Source: Pavona decussata
Lineage: Eukaryota
Assembly (NCBI GenBank): GCA_977016875.1
Contig: CDRNST010000008.1
Span: 3,720,123 to 3,784,000, forward strand
Length of the DNA stretch: 63,878 nucleotides
Reading direction: 5' to 3'
This document shows, piece by piece, positions 14,303 to 26,563 of this stretch. The position numbers and the translations under genes were made by a program. Each line of letters starts with the position of its first letter. Position 1 is the first letter of the stretch. The notes under the pieces were generated by a model. The model had not been told where the DNA came from. It saw only the letters and a program-made list of their open reading frames with translations, and did not search any database.

Positions 14303-16777
14303 CGTTGACCTTTTTCCAGTGCTTATTATTATCGTTTAAATTTGTTACTGGCTATTAGACTAATCGCGTTTGTCGAACACTCACTATATAATGTACTAAA
14401 AACGGCTAAATTCAGCTACAGGCACTCTGTTCTCTGTTGAAATATTAAGGTGAAAAATGAAACTGATATGTTTGATATGTTATACAAAGAGTGCCTCAGA
14501 ATGGCGCCGGTTTACTTTCTAAAATTTATAGCTGTCGGAAGTTACTTTTTTGAAAATGCTTAAAGCGGATTTGCTTTAGGTTGACGGAAGGGCGGTGTAA
14601 ATGACCTTAGGACACTAAAATGTTAAACTGCAAAGATGTAGTCTGCAAGGATTGTTAGGGATTCTGACTCTTCAGTGAAAACATGGTTGCAGCCTCTCGC
14701 ATGTTTTCACATTCAAGCAATTGATTGATTGGTTGATCAATCAATTTTCCTTTGAAAGAGTAACAGCAAACATCAATTCTAAGTCGTTGCAGGTACCACT
14801 ATTTTCCAGTCCTCTTGAGTCTACATGCCCAGAAGTCATTTGAACACTGATTTCGGTGAAGCCAAATAGAGTGAATTTCAACAATGACCAGGTATGCCCG
14901 CAGATTATTCCCTGGAACTCGAGAATACCACGTTGTAATCATAAAATTAATTATCCGATTTTTAAGGCGGTCGAATCTATCAGGTATCCAAATGTTCCAA
15001 TATATATAGATTATTCTTAACCTCTGTTTTATTCGGTTACAAACTTGATCCGAACATTGCAAAAACATCCCAGAGTATTTGATACTTTTGCTAAGTGACG
15101 ACGCTGCCCTAATAAATCACTGTTAAACATTTGTTTCGGTATAAAACTAAGAGCTTCAGCATTTTTAAGTTAAACCGTAATTTTAAATAGTTGTTTGACA
15201 CTTCCTACATGCACAGCGCATGGATGCAGTTTTAAAACATACTTCAGTCCATTCTTCCAACCAATATTCCCAAGTAAAACATCATTTATAACAACATATA
15301 CAGTCTTTGGTTTTATGTTACTTGCTAGATCACTGAGTGAGTACCTGCCGTGTTAGTTGACTGCAGCTTTTCCACTCAGTGCCAAGCGACTACAAACCCT
15401 TGATTAATAGCCGTGTAATTGATGTCTATTCACTCAAATGGGTTGAAAGGATTAAAACTTCTGATTTGCGAAAAAGGTGTCAAGTCACTGATCAAGTGTA
15501 GTATTTTTGATGTTGTTTGCGACACTGAAAAAAATTTGCCGTTACAGCTGTGTCAGGTCTCCAAAAATGTTTCAGAGTGAAAAACTACTATACTCTTTTA
15601 TGGAAGGTCACTGAGTTGTTTATCAGTTTGTCGCCTTCTTCTAGCCTCTTCTAGGAGGAAAATAATCTCAACACGAGAAAAAAAAACTCCGCAAGATTAA
15701 AGGCAGACCTATGGACCCGATAAGTCAGGTCGTAAATCAAATGGTTAATTGACGACACTTATAAAATAGGAGAACTTGCAAGCGATGAAATTATACAGGG
15801 CCAAATAAACTTAAGCTCCAATTATGCCTATAAAATTTGCTTCATGGAGTGTTAAAGTACTGGACATTCATGAAACGAATAACGTGTTCCAGGCTGTGGG
15901 AAGGGGAAAACTTAAAGAGCGGGCAAATGAAACGCGTGGTCCCCAAAAACTGCATTCATGAACAGTTGCCTCAGGGTTTCATCTACAAATTCACCAGTGG
16001 AATGTAAGTTACACCTCTTGTCTAGCTCCACGTCTGTACAGTTTTAAATATTCATAGAATCATGAAATGGGCTTGTGACATGAATTAGGTTATTAGATAC
16101 CGAGCTGCTTCAAACATGAACCGGCACAGAAGACTTCTGACAGCTAACGGATATATCACATCAACATACATATTTCGATCGTTATAGATGACTTTTTAAT
16201 GTTTCATTTGTCTTTTATTTTTGATTTGTGGAATTATATATATGAACATTTCGATTTCATCTGCAACAACATCACCGGCAGGCCCCTCACACTAAAAATA
16301 ATATCGCACACTCCCGACTAACGCGCAGTCAACCACAAACAGACCCATGAAATTGCGTTTGTGGATGGTAAAGCCTCACCGATTAGGAGGTTAGAGAATT
16401 TTTATTGGCCTCCACGTTAAGTGGTAGATTACAACGTTCTCAACCAGCTTATTTCAGGATTAAGGACTTTTTTATTTTCAGTCTTAAGTATTAATTTTTT
16501 TAACCTTTTTCATCTATGTTACAATACTGATATCTCCCCAAAATTACGCTACCAGTGGATACAACGCTGTGTCAGCAAAGATCGATTTTTCCGTAGGTAT
16601 AAACCAGGAGTTAAACATTGGAACATTACATCATGTGTTTCCTAGATTTGCAAGCAATATATAAGTTAATCCAAGGTATTTTGTCGGTCTCAGATTTACA
16701 TATTTATTTTAAATTTCTGTAACCAAAGAACAATGTTCACCATTGTTGTTCAAAAAAGATTTCTGTAGATACACACT

Positions 16778-16991
16778 CCCGGCCGGGAACCCCACGTACC
16801 AGACCATAATATGCAAGTTTCCGGTATCATTGTTCAGATCTGACCTCTAAAATTCGTACCCATTTTCAGACCTGGTTTCTAGAATCCACACAGTGTAAAA
16901 TTTGTACCTTATTTCAGACCAAAACCGCTCAAAAACCATAGCCTTTGGGGCTGCACACACCTATATAGCTTACATAGGGAGTACCCCCGGG
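16778..16991. mobile_element. CCCGG...CCGGG-terminated MITE upstream of homeobox copy 1
   Basis: Termini CCCGG / GGAGTACCCCCGGG, internal TTTCAGACC subrepeats, imperfect flanking duplication ACACACT/ATATACT. Confidence 0.5.
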
Positions 16992-17279
16992 ATATACTCT
17001 AAATAATTATTGGCACTTCATGCTCTTCCGCTTAACCAATTAGCAGCGAATTATCTGAATGGAGATCATATTGCTGTAATTCGGAAACGGAAACCGTGAC
17101 CAACAGCACTACCCTCTTTTGGGGACTGGCGAGGCGCTCCGAGGTCAAAAGTGAGGTCTGAGATTTGGCCGTGGCGATAAACTCTCATGAAAGAAAAGAG
17201 CGATCATGAACGTTTTTTAGAACTTCACAGAAATGAGACTATTAGAGCAAGCAAACACTTCAAAAACATCTTAGTTAAT

Positions 17280-17431
17280 CTGTCAGTGTTAACGACTTAG
17301 GTAGACAGTGATTGGTGCGTTGTGAATGACAGGCATAACTCCGCCGCGCCAGACTGTTTTCAATAAGAGATGAATATCCAAAGAAGCGGCCCTATTTTAC
17401 ACACCCAAGGTAACCACATTGCGCTAACAAG
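17280..17431 (+). promoter_or_regulatory. Conserved proximal promoter/5' leader of homeobox copy 1
   Basis: Aligns with 32405-32568 and the reverse complement of 63048-63175. Contains ATTGG (inverted CCAAT, 17311) and TGAATGACAG (17323-17332). Confidence 0.6.
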
Positions 17432-19724
17432 ATGGCGTCGAGACGTGGCACTTTCCCGTCTTTTCATCATGTTAATCCAAGTTGTGGACCAAACAGCTCG
17501 TTTTCAATCAGACGAATATTAGATCTCCCAGAAGAGAGTAAAGGAGAATGTGCCTCATCTTCAAGTAACAGTTCACCCATCGAGAGTTACCCTCGTTCTC
17601 TCCCCCTTGTTCCTCGAGTGTTTCGTCCCATGGTACACAATTATCGGGAAAATGTACCACACACTGCACTCATGAATTGGCAAGACTTCGGTGTCATGTC
17701 TTGTGCTCATCGCTGGGGCTATAGTACTCTTTCTTTTGGAGATCAGCGATTTCCATTAGGTAAGTGAGTCACAGACACAGTAGACACATCTCAATAGGTT
17801 GCTGTTCTAATGTCCATGTTACGCCTTCGGGAAGACACGACAACTTTACCTAAATACCTATTCAGGTTTGCTGTCTTGTTTTGTTTTCTAGGGGCTAGAA
17901 TAAGCTGAGTCCGTATTACTACTCTAAAGTTCAGATGGATTTATGCCGAATTGTTAAAAGGAAAAGTAGGATTTAAAACTAATTCCATCTGAGTCAGAGA
18001 CAGATGCCCCAGAGGGAGATTCACTGATTTGCCGTCCATAACTTCACAACGTTTTGCTTCTTTGTAGATCACAAAATACTGGGATGATTAATTTCGTCCC
18101 TAATCAACAATCATTTAGTCATTGCTTATGGCAAGGGAATGGAATATTGTCTGGAGGGAGTAATTTTTGCAAAGGTTTGCGCTTCTTCACCAGAACAAAT
18201 ATATACAACAGAAAAGCTCCCTGAGGTTATCTTTCATCAGAACCGTTTAACTACGTTGTGCATTCCTAACCTGTACACACGTTAAGACCCTCTTTTCAAG
18301 TAGAAATAGACTAAGCGAAGTCACCGGCAAACTTACAGGAACAGGAAAAGACTACCAACTGACTGACAAGAACACGAGGACAAACATTGTACGATTTTAT
18401 GCACATTGCTGGGGCACCGAACGAGATAATTTCAGCAAAACACTTAGCTTGCCGTGTTTCTAGATCGTTTATGGCCCTTTTAAAAGCTATTCGTGTTACC
18501 TAACACAGTTATCATGTCCTGTTCAAATTCCTAAGCTGAAAATTTAAATGACAGAAAATCATAGCAATCAGAATCTCATCTCCCGAATTTCCGATCTTCT
18601 AATGCCTTTCTAAATAATCCTAGTTGGCTCAATGCGACGACATTTTTACCCCTCCTAAAACAAAGTATCTTATTTTTTTTCTCATGTTAGGAAAGTTTGA
18701 GTAAACAGTTCTTCTAGCTGTTCTTCATCTGTATAGCTAAGGCGATTACTGCCTTCCAACAGATACGTTTGATTCGTTTGCTATCCCTCACACTAAGAGG
18801 ACCTAAACCAAAACCTACTCTTCTACATGGAAAGAATATTACGTGTACTACTGACCAGCTTGTTGGTAACTTGCTTTAGTCTACTCGCCATGAAAATTAA
18901 GTTGTAAATGAACTTCTGTTAGTTTCTTTGATTTCTTCACACATTTTAGCTGTGCTTGAATTCGTAATCTTAAGAGCTTGCTCGAAAATTATAATTTTTC
19001 GTTTACTCGCTAAGTATTGATTTCTGTCTGCTGAAGAACGAGAGGGGATTAGTCTAAGTAAAGGCCAAACTATTTTAGTATTTATTCTTTCAACAATCAG
19101 AGAACATTTGTTTGATATTCCTGTTTTCCAATTATTCCTCAAAAGACCCAAAAACAAACCAAACAAAAAGGACACACAACTTGTATTACTGCCTCTAGTT
19201 TCGTTTCGTTTCGTCTCGTCCTAACTTGCTGAAAATACATTAGAACTTTCCATTTACACACCAGTTGAGTAAAATATTATCTTTTTAATGCCTTTTTGAT
19301 TCTTTATGGCTTAGGGATCTTTCCAAAGAAGAGAAGGCGTCCTATGCGAAAGAAGAAACAGCGACCACTGTTTTCACCGCACCAAATTCAAACGATGGAG
19401 AAAGAATTCGCCAAACAGCGTTACGTAACGGAGGATAAGAGAGCTCAGCTTGCTTTAGAGGTAAACCTTACAGAAACTCAAGTCAAAACCTGGTTTCAAA
19501 ATCGACGAACAAAGTGGAAAAAGGAAACAATAGATGAAGCGAGTGCAGCCTCAAGGTGCTCCCAGAAAGAAATGGAACATGTCTTACTCGCAATGCAGAG
19601 CACAAACCGTTTTTGTCAAAACGTTTGTGTTGAGTCGCTTGTTAATCCGTTCAGAGTTTTTCCACAGCATTGTGCTGCACCGGTGTTTTCGACTATAGAC
19701 TTCAAAGGTTCTTTTCCTCCATAG
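17432..19724 (+). CDS. NKL-subclass (ANTP-class) homeobox protein with eh1 motif, paralogue 1 (about 245 aa; exons 17432-17759, 19315-19724)
   Basis: Exon 1 has eh1 (SSFSIRRILD). Donor TTAG|GTAAGT and acceptor TTAG|GG give a phase-1 in-frame join to a full homeodomain KKKQRPLFS...QVKTWFQNRRTKWKKE. Confidence 0.92.
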
Positions 19725-22700
19725 AGTGTTCTTAAACGCAAAGCACGATTGTTGTACGTCGTGTTTAGTGGTAGATATGTATATGTAACATACCAAGTTT
19801 AGCTTATATTAGAAGTTCGTTTACGTTTCCATTCCTCAGTAGATTATCTTAGAATATATGTACGAGTAGAGAATTAAGCTTGTTTCTGGTTTTGTATGTT
19901 ATTATCGATTCTCATGCTTCATATTTATCACCGAGCTTGGTACAATTTCATGCACAAGTCCTGAGAAATTAATTCAGTGTATCCAATTCGTTTCGCATTC
20001 CTTGATACAGTCATGAATTCAGTAAATCCATTTTTCCGATTCAAATCCGCGCGCGAGTGGAATGGCCAAGTAGATAACCTTTTTTGTTTCAAACAAGCTC
20101 TTTTTTAATTTAATTAAAATAATCGTCCTGTGAGGCTTTCAAATTCTTCCAATGCCTTACTATTACGGTACTAAAACATATATGACCAGAATTTATGTTG
20201 GAGAGAACGCTTTCGCTTTTCTAAAGTTTGAGCACTTTTAGTTTACTTTTGGCTGGTTGTAAAAATTGCAGATAGTAAATCCTCTCTCCTTCTTTCTGAC
20301 GTGTTTTAAATGTTGTAAATAAGGTTGTATTTTCACGGACGAAAACGGCTTTAAATTGAACGACAAGAAATCAAATCTGACTGAGGTTAACTCATGTCTG
20401 TCATTCTTATTCTTAAATCTCAGCGATTTACATCGAAAGATTTCAGCATGTTTCATGGAATTTAACAAGCAGTGCCCTTCAAGTGTGAAATACATTTTTC
20501 CGCTGTGAGTGTTAAATTCTGCTCTTTCGTCCAAATTGAAACATTTTCTGTTGACTCGGCCATTTCACTCGGACTCGGACCTGACTCGGATACTGATTTA
20601 ACTCGGTCAACCGATGAACTCGTTCTTATTTACCCATCAAAATATTTGTTTCTGCAGATTATTTGAACAAACCTTTTTCGCCTATTCAGTATAAATTATA
20701 CAATATACAATATATTGTTCCATATTTAATCGACCAGAATGTTTTATGACAGTGTAAATTTAATAAGCGGTCAGGAAAAGCTGATAAACGAGTATCAAGT
20801 GCTTCCACAGTTTACGAAATCCCGACATAAGTTCACCTTGAATACTGACTGTTTGTCTACAGTATATGGCCTTTCATTACGCAGTGCTCGTATAAAAAGC
20901 TGCTAAATTTAAGGAGCGTACATGTAAGGTGAAAATAAAACAATTTCCTATTTCCTAACATGTGGATTTCCTTCACGGTTTACGAAATGGTATTCTATTC
21001 TGATTGTTATCATATTTTTATTTATTTTTTACGACATCGTGATAGTGAATTTTTCGTTTAAAAAAATAATTTGGGGCAACATTTCCGGAAAGGGTGTTGA
21101 GCATTCTTGGAACAAAGCCAGTGATTCAAATGTGTTTTCAATGTCAGAAGTCTCCTGACCCTTTTTATTTCGACCAATATTGCATTCTTTATTATGAAAC
21201 GGTAAATTCTGAATTGCCATTTGATACAGCGTATCTGAAACACACGGCTTGATATCTAGTATGGAAAAAAAATATATATATATTAACTTGCTACAATCTT
21301 GAAAAGAGTATAAATTTCTGTTTACATGAGAACATAATGTGGTTGCCAAAATTATTCTGCCATCCAAACCGTTGCTGAGTGGATCAGTTTTGCAGGCGTA
21401 TGGAACCCAATGGACTACTTATCAGACTATTAACTAGTCAAACTGGCAAATCAAAGGATCGGCTTTAAGCCCTATCTTTCATATCTTCATTGACCAAGTG
21501 TTTTCCCTAAACAATCCACCTTGGAGCATATGACCGTAGTTAATGAGTTATTATTTCACAAAGGAGCCAGATTTTCACCATGCGAGGTCTTCTAATGTTA
21601 GGAATCTTGATGGAAGTGGGTTGTATCACTAATTTTACACTTTCGGCCGTGAATTTGTGCACCCATCGAAATTAGCACTCAATTACTCTGTATAAACAAC
21701 TTGATCACACATGTCATGCATCTGTAATCAACCTATTTTATCTGGCTTTCACTGATCCATGAAAGTCATCTCTAATTCAGTGGAAGGTAAGAGCGAGTCT
21801 CAGTTTTCTTCAACAACCACTCATAGACATTTTGTTGGAACAACATCAATACAAAGTCCTAAACCCTCCTACCTCTACTGTTAATTTTGTAAAAACAAAA
21901 TTTATGAAGATATTCAGTTTTTTCTACCGAGCAGATGCAGTACTGATAACAGTGGTAACATAGGCTCTCCCCATTACTCCATAAGGATCAATTGAGAGCT
22001 CTCAATCCATAAGAGATGATCCCGACAGAGTGCATCTGTGGAACAAAGAGCCACAGTAATTTTTATGGCCAGATAAAGACCGACTACAATGGTCAGAGTT
22101 CAATCCAGCATACCAATGGAGTTTGGGATGAGGGTGTTCCAAAAACTTGTATAGAAAATAAGAATCAAGAGGAAGGGTTTCCTGCGCGACGCTGAAGTCC
22201 CAAGTGCTTGTGAAATTCACTAATCAGTTCACAATTAGTCACACAGATAAGGACAAGTGGCTACAAAATCAAACTCAAAATCAAAGTAGATTATAAACCA
22301 ATTTTATGCGGATGACGTACCTTGCAGATCATATCACACAGGGGGAAAAATACAGTTATTACACAACTGATGACTAACACGATAACTCACAGCTTACGAA
22401 ATTACCTCCCGTTTTTCGGTCACGTGTTTAAAAATTAAAGGTATCCTGCAACAATATAACAATGTCCACACCAAAAGTATGAAACAAACTATTTCCAACA
22501 ACAGAACAAACTAACGCTTCCAAGCTGGATAATGGTTGACAAGCATTTCGCTGACGACAGTTTCTCTTCTAGTCATTGTTTAGTCCATTGAAAGAGCGTA
22601 ACCTATTTAGTCAACGGATACTGTGGGATTTAGGATCGCGTGATCATTCATGAAGCACAACCAAGTCTGTCATTAAAATACAGAGCTATCTGCCTTTGAA

Positions 22701-23659
22701 AAACAAAACGTTTATATCCTCTTTCTGTAGGCTGCAATTTATTGGTGTCAACTGAAAAGGCCACTAGCACTTTTTCACAAAACATCTGCGTGTTAAATTT
22801 GGTTGCAAATATTGACAGTTGACAAGCTTCATTTATTATCTCGTGTCATGTGCGTGATTTCAGCCGGAACTGTGCCACCATGCATTCAAAAGGCGATGAA
22901 AGTGGTGACAGATAACCTGACTTTCAAGCATTTTCATTTGTGATTAATCCGTTGACCAATTATTATAACGTACTTTTTGTTTACAAAGGGAGGTTGAATA
23001 GACAATTCAATTTACAGACCAAAAAAGACTTCAAAAAGACATTAGTCTTTCCCAAGCGATCAGAACTGTTGGTAAGCTTTTTTGGGAGAAAGGTCAAAAG
23101 GAAACAAACTGATTGGTCAAGTGGGAAATCTTAGGAGACACACAAATAGACTAATGTTTGCTGAGAACACTTTCATCTGGGCCGACCCTGTAGACGGGGC
23201 ATCGCTATTTTGACGTTCACCTTCAAATGCAATTACTCTAAATAAATAGAGCGAGTTTGTTTGACCCGTGAATATGCCGTTTCCGTGAGTGTTCGCGATA
23301 TGTTTCATCCGTCCACTAATTCAAAAGAGTAAAGTCAAGGCCGGCCTTAACTTCGTTTTCCGCTAAAGAAAACCTGTAACAAACGTTTTCTTTTGACCAC
23401 ACAGTAGTGACCGAGAGATGATAATCGATGTCTGGAACATTCTTGGCCCATAGATCGAAATAACTAAAACAACGACGTGTTTGTCTTCCTTGTGTTAACA
23501 AATCAAATTGCCTTTCTTTTTAAGTTTGTTTTTTGTTTTGTTAGCGCTCAAAAGAAAATCGCTCATAAAATTGTTTTCCAGTTTCTAGAACAAACTAGTG
23601 CAAAAAAAGCAGGTGGATTTCTGTGTGTACTTATGGAAGTTCTATTAATTAAATGAGAG

Positions 23660-23875
23660 ACTATCGCAGCTGGTAAAAGAAAACGTGAAGAAATTCATAC
23701 TTGAACGGTGTTCGAACTCCATGACCCCTGCGATACCGGCGCAGCAGTCTACCAATTGAGCTGCCATTCCGGTGAGTTCGTAGAATAGCCGGCAGAACTA
23801 GAAATGATGGAGAGACGGAAGTGGAATATATGAAATGTCGTATATTTGACCTGCGAATAAAATCAGGAGAAACCA
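23660..23875 (-). mobile_element. Degenerate tRNA-derived SINE-like repeat
   Basis: Minus strand reads AGCTCAATTGGTAGA...CCGGTATCGC...GGAGTTCGAACACCG (A-box and B-box like) without an intact cloverleaf. Confidence 0.55.
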
Positions 23876-23940
23876 TTAATATAAATCTTGTTTAAAAAGC
23901 ATGTGAGGTAGGGTTACCACTTTTTGTACCTTGAATCTTA

Positions 23941-24106
23941 CGGAGGGTTTCCATGATACTGGTACGGCTTTTTTAAACCGCTTAGCAGTTGTTCCCATTG
24001 TCCTTTTCTGCCTATTTACCTGGTTTCGAGTCCTCCGATACTTGTACCGGATCGAGATTCTTATTTCGGTGCGGAAACGCATTCCGGTGTCATGTAAACG
24101 CTCCCC
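23941..24106. mobile_element. Small TIR element (MITE)
   Basis: Left GGAGGGTTTCCATGATACTGG versus right-end reverse complement GGAGCGTTTACATGACACCGG. Confidence 0.55.
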
Positions 24107-25644
24107 GTGTGTTCGTTTCATGATCAAAAGAGAATGTACACCATCCTGTAAACGCTGTATGAGGTCCTCCTCACTCGATCGCAATGAAAGTGTCATATAA
24201 CCATCCAATTATTATTATTTTTTTTTTAACAAACAAAAGAGGCTCTCCTCAAGATTCAGTTTACTTGTACATTTTTACGTTCCCTTTCAAGAGTCAAGGA
24301 AGCTCTCCCAAATTAAAATGGCTTTATGATTAACTATTGCCAGAAACTCAAACTCTATTGATTTTATTGTGTTTTTGAAGTATTGCGTGTTCTTGAAATT
24401 GTACCTATGGTAAAGCTCTTGACAACATGATCGGTTATAGGGGATACCTCGATTTGACACGTGTTACCTGTATCTTCTTTGTTACATACAGATTGTAGTC
24501 AACAAAAAGGGAACAAAATAGTACATATTTTGTTTGATCAATTGTACGATAACGTTGTCTTTTCATATAGTTAAACAGATCTTTCTTTTGGCTAACACAC
24601 AACCCAACCCCTCTCCCCCAATAACTCGACTCCCATGAAATAATGCTTCGAAGTACGTTGCGTTTGGTCAAATCATACTAAAATTCTACCAGCTGTAAAT
24701 ACGAGTTTGCCGATGTCGCCGTAAAAGCGTTAGAAAAAAGACCTTTCTCATAATAAAATGCTTTTGATAGTTTGTATATCCAGACTATTTTCGCAAGCTT
24801 GGCGTTAATGAAGATTGATGATGGTGGAGACAACCAGTTTGTACTTGAAATGACAGCCAAGAGCCGGTGATATTCTCTGCAGCTTCTAATTTCTCCAAAG
24901 TGCGCGGCGGAAAATAAGAATACAAATTTGATCTTTTGGTTTCCGTCCAACCTTAACCGACCGACCCTCCACTTGATGAATTTGTAGGTGTGTCCGGATG
25001 CAAAAAGTAGTTGCCGAAGATCGAAGGCCGTTGGGGCAAACATTGCATCCTTACAATCCCTTTGAAAGTTTCTCTTCGACTTTGCCTAAAGGTACTGAAA
25101 AATACCAAAGTTTTACATTAATAGTTTCCAATTTCTCCCGAACATTTGTGAATTATTGCATCTGATCATGTGAGCACATGGCGGCCACTCATCAAATGAA
25201 AACAGGCAGCTACTTCAGTTGCAACCAGTCAGAGCGTCCGATATGTTTTCTTTTAAAAATCATTCTGAAAATGTTATTGGTAGTGGCAAGGTGACAGATG
25301 TGTCCTGTTATTCCCCTAGTGTCAGTTGCTCTGTCAATATACTGCAATTAACTGATCAATGAAAATATAAGCACTTCTCGCTGGCATTAAAAAAATCCTC
25401 AGTCGACCGGCTAGGATCCAGTAAAGATTGGTTGGCATCAACACATGTCTTTTTAAAGTTAAAAAAAATGCCGATATCTCTGAATGTCATAGCTAGGGGT
25501 AATGTCCATCACCTTAAATCACCTTTATTGTTCATTTTCTAAACAGAAACCAACTTTTTCTTAACTAAATTTGTTGTAGTACTCTATTGTGTATTTAGTA
25601 TTGCTTTCCGAGATTTTCAGAGAAGCTGTTAACACTGAGCAGCT

Positions 25645-25945
25645 AAGTGACTAGTTAGACTGACTGACTGACTGACGGACTGACTGACTGACTAACTCAC
25701 TTACTGACTCATTGCTTGACTGNNNNNNNNNNNNNNNNNNNNNNNNNNNNNNNNNNNNNNNNNNNNNNNNNNNNNNNNNNNNNNNNNNNNNNNNNNNNNN
25801 NNNNNNNNNNNNNNNNNNNNNNNNNNNNNNNNNNNNNNNNNNNNNNNNNNNNNNNNNNNNNNNNNNNNNNNNNNNNNNAGTGAGTGAGTGAATGACCGAC
25901 CAACCTACCGACCAATCGAATGACAGAAGGACTAACTGACTGGCT
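25645..25945. repeat. (TGAC)n-type degenerate microsatellite flanking assembly gap 25723-25878
   Basis: TGACTGACTGAC... on both sides of an N run. Confidence 0.85.
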
Positions 25946-26305
25946 GGGTCAAGTAATAGGTATATATATATATATATTTATATATTCATTTACTGTATGA
26001 AGAAAGCTTTGAAAGAACACAATGAATTGCTTATGGCTGTCAATTTCCCTTGTAAGCGGAGAAGCTTGTTAAGCCAGGTTTGTGCAAGTCTGTTCTCAAT
26101 TGTTCTAATTCATTTAAATGAAGAATTTGCTTTGTCATGCACTTCTCAGCTTCCTATTTCTTCTTGGATTCCGTTCAGGCGCTCTCCCCGACTTTCTCAT
26201 TTCAGTCTTTCAGTCTTTAATTTTCCGTTTGGCCTTCTGGACTTCATGCTCACCTTAATTTTCACCAGACAATACCTGTCTAGCAAAGACTGTTATTTCA
26301 CATTA

Positions 26306-26563
26306 TAGAGAGGTTTTCAATTGAGTATCGAAAGTAATTTCGCGTTTGGTTTTCTTTACTTCGCCTTGTGATTTGGTAGCAAAACTCGTGTCATTTTCTC
26401 AGTGAATCACAGCGAAACCAAAAACCAATGGCGACTTGCTCGCTCGCGTTTTTCTCCGCTTAACGCCATTTTTTTGTACTTGCTTCCAGTTCTGATCGGT
26501 TTGTTGTGATGAATAAGTATGCAACGATTGGCCAGGGACGACGCTCAGTTGAAAACCGCTTTA
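26306..26563. mobile_element. MITE with TAGAG(C)GGTTTTCAATTGAG TIRs
   Basis: Left TAGAGAGGTTTTCAATTGAGTATCG; right CGACGCTCAGTTGAAAACCGCTTTA. Confidence 0.7.

Noticed and set aside
21350-22260. Coding-like composition, possible decayed transposon ORF
   Set aside because: No motif could be assigned with confidence; needs tBLASTx.
23700-23765. tRNA-like sequences (also about 42672-42712 and 55660-56170)
   Set aside because: A/B boxes without a complete cloverleaf; treated as SINE heads, not tRNA genes.
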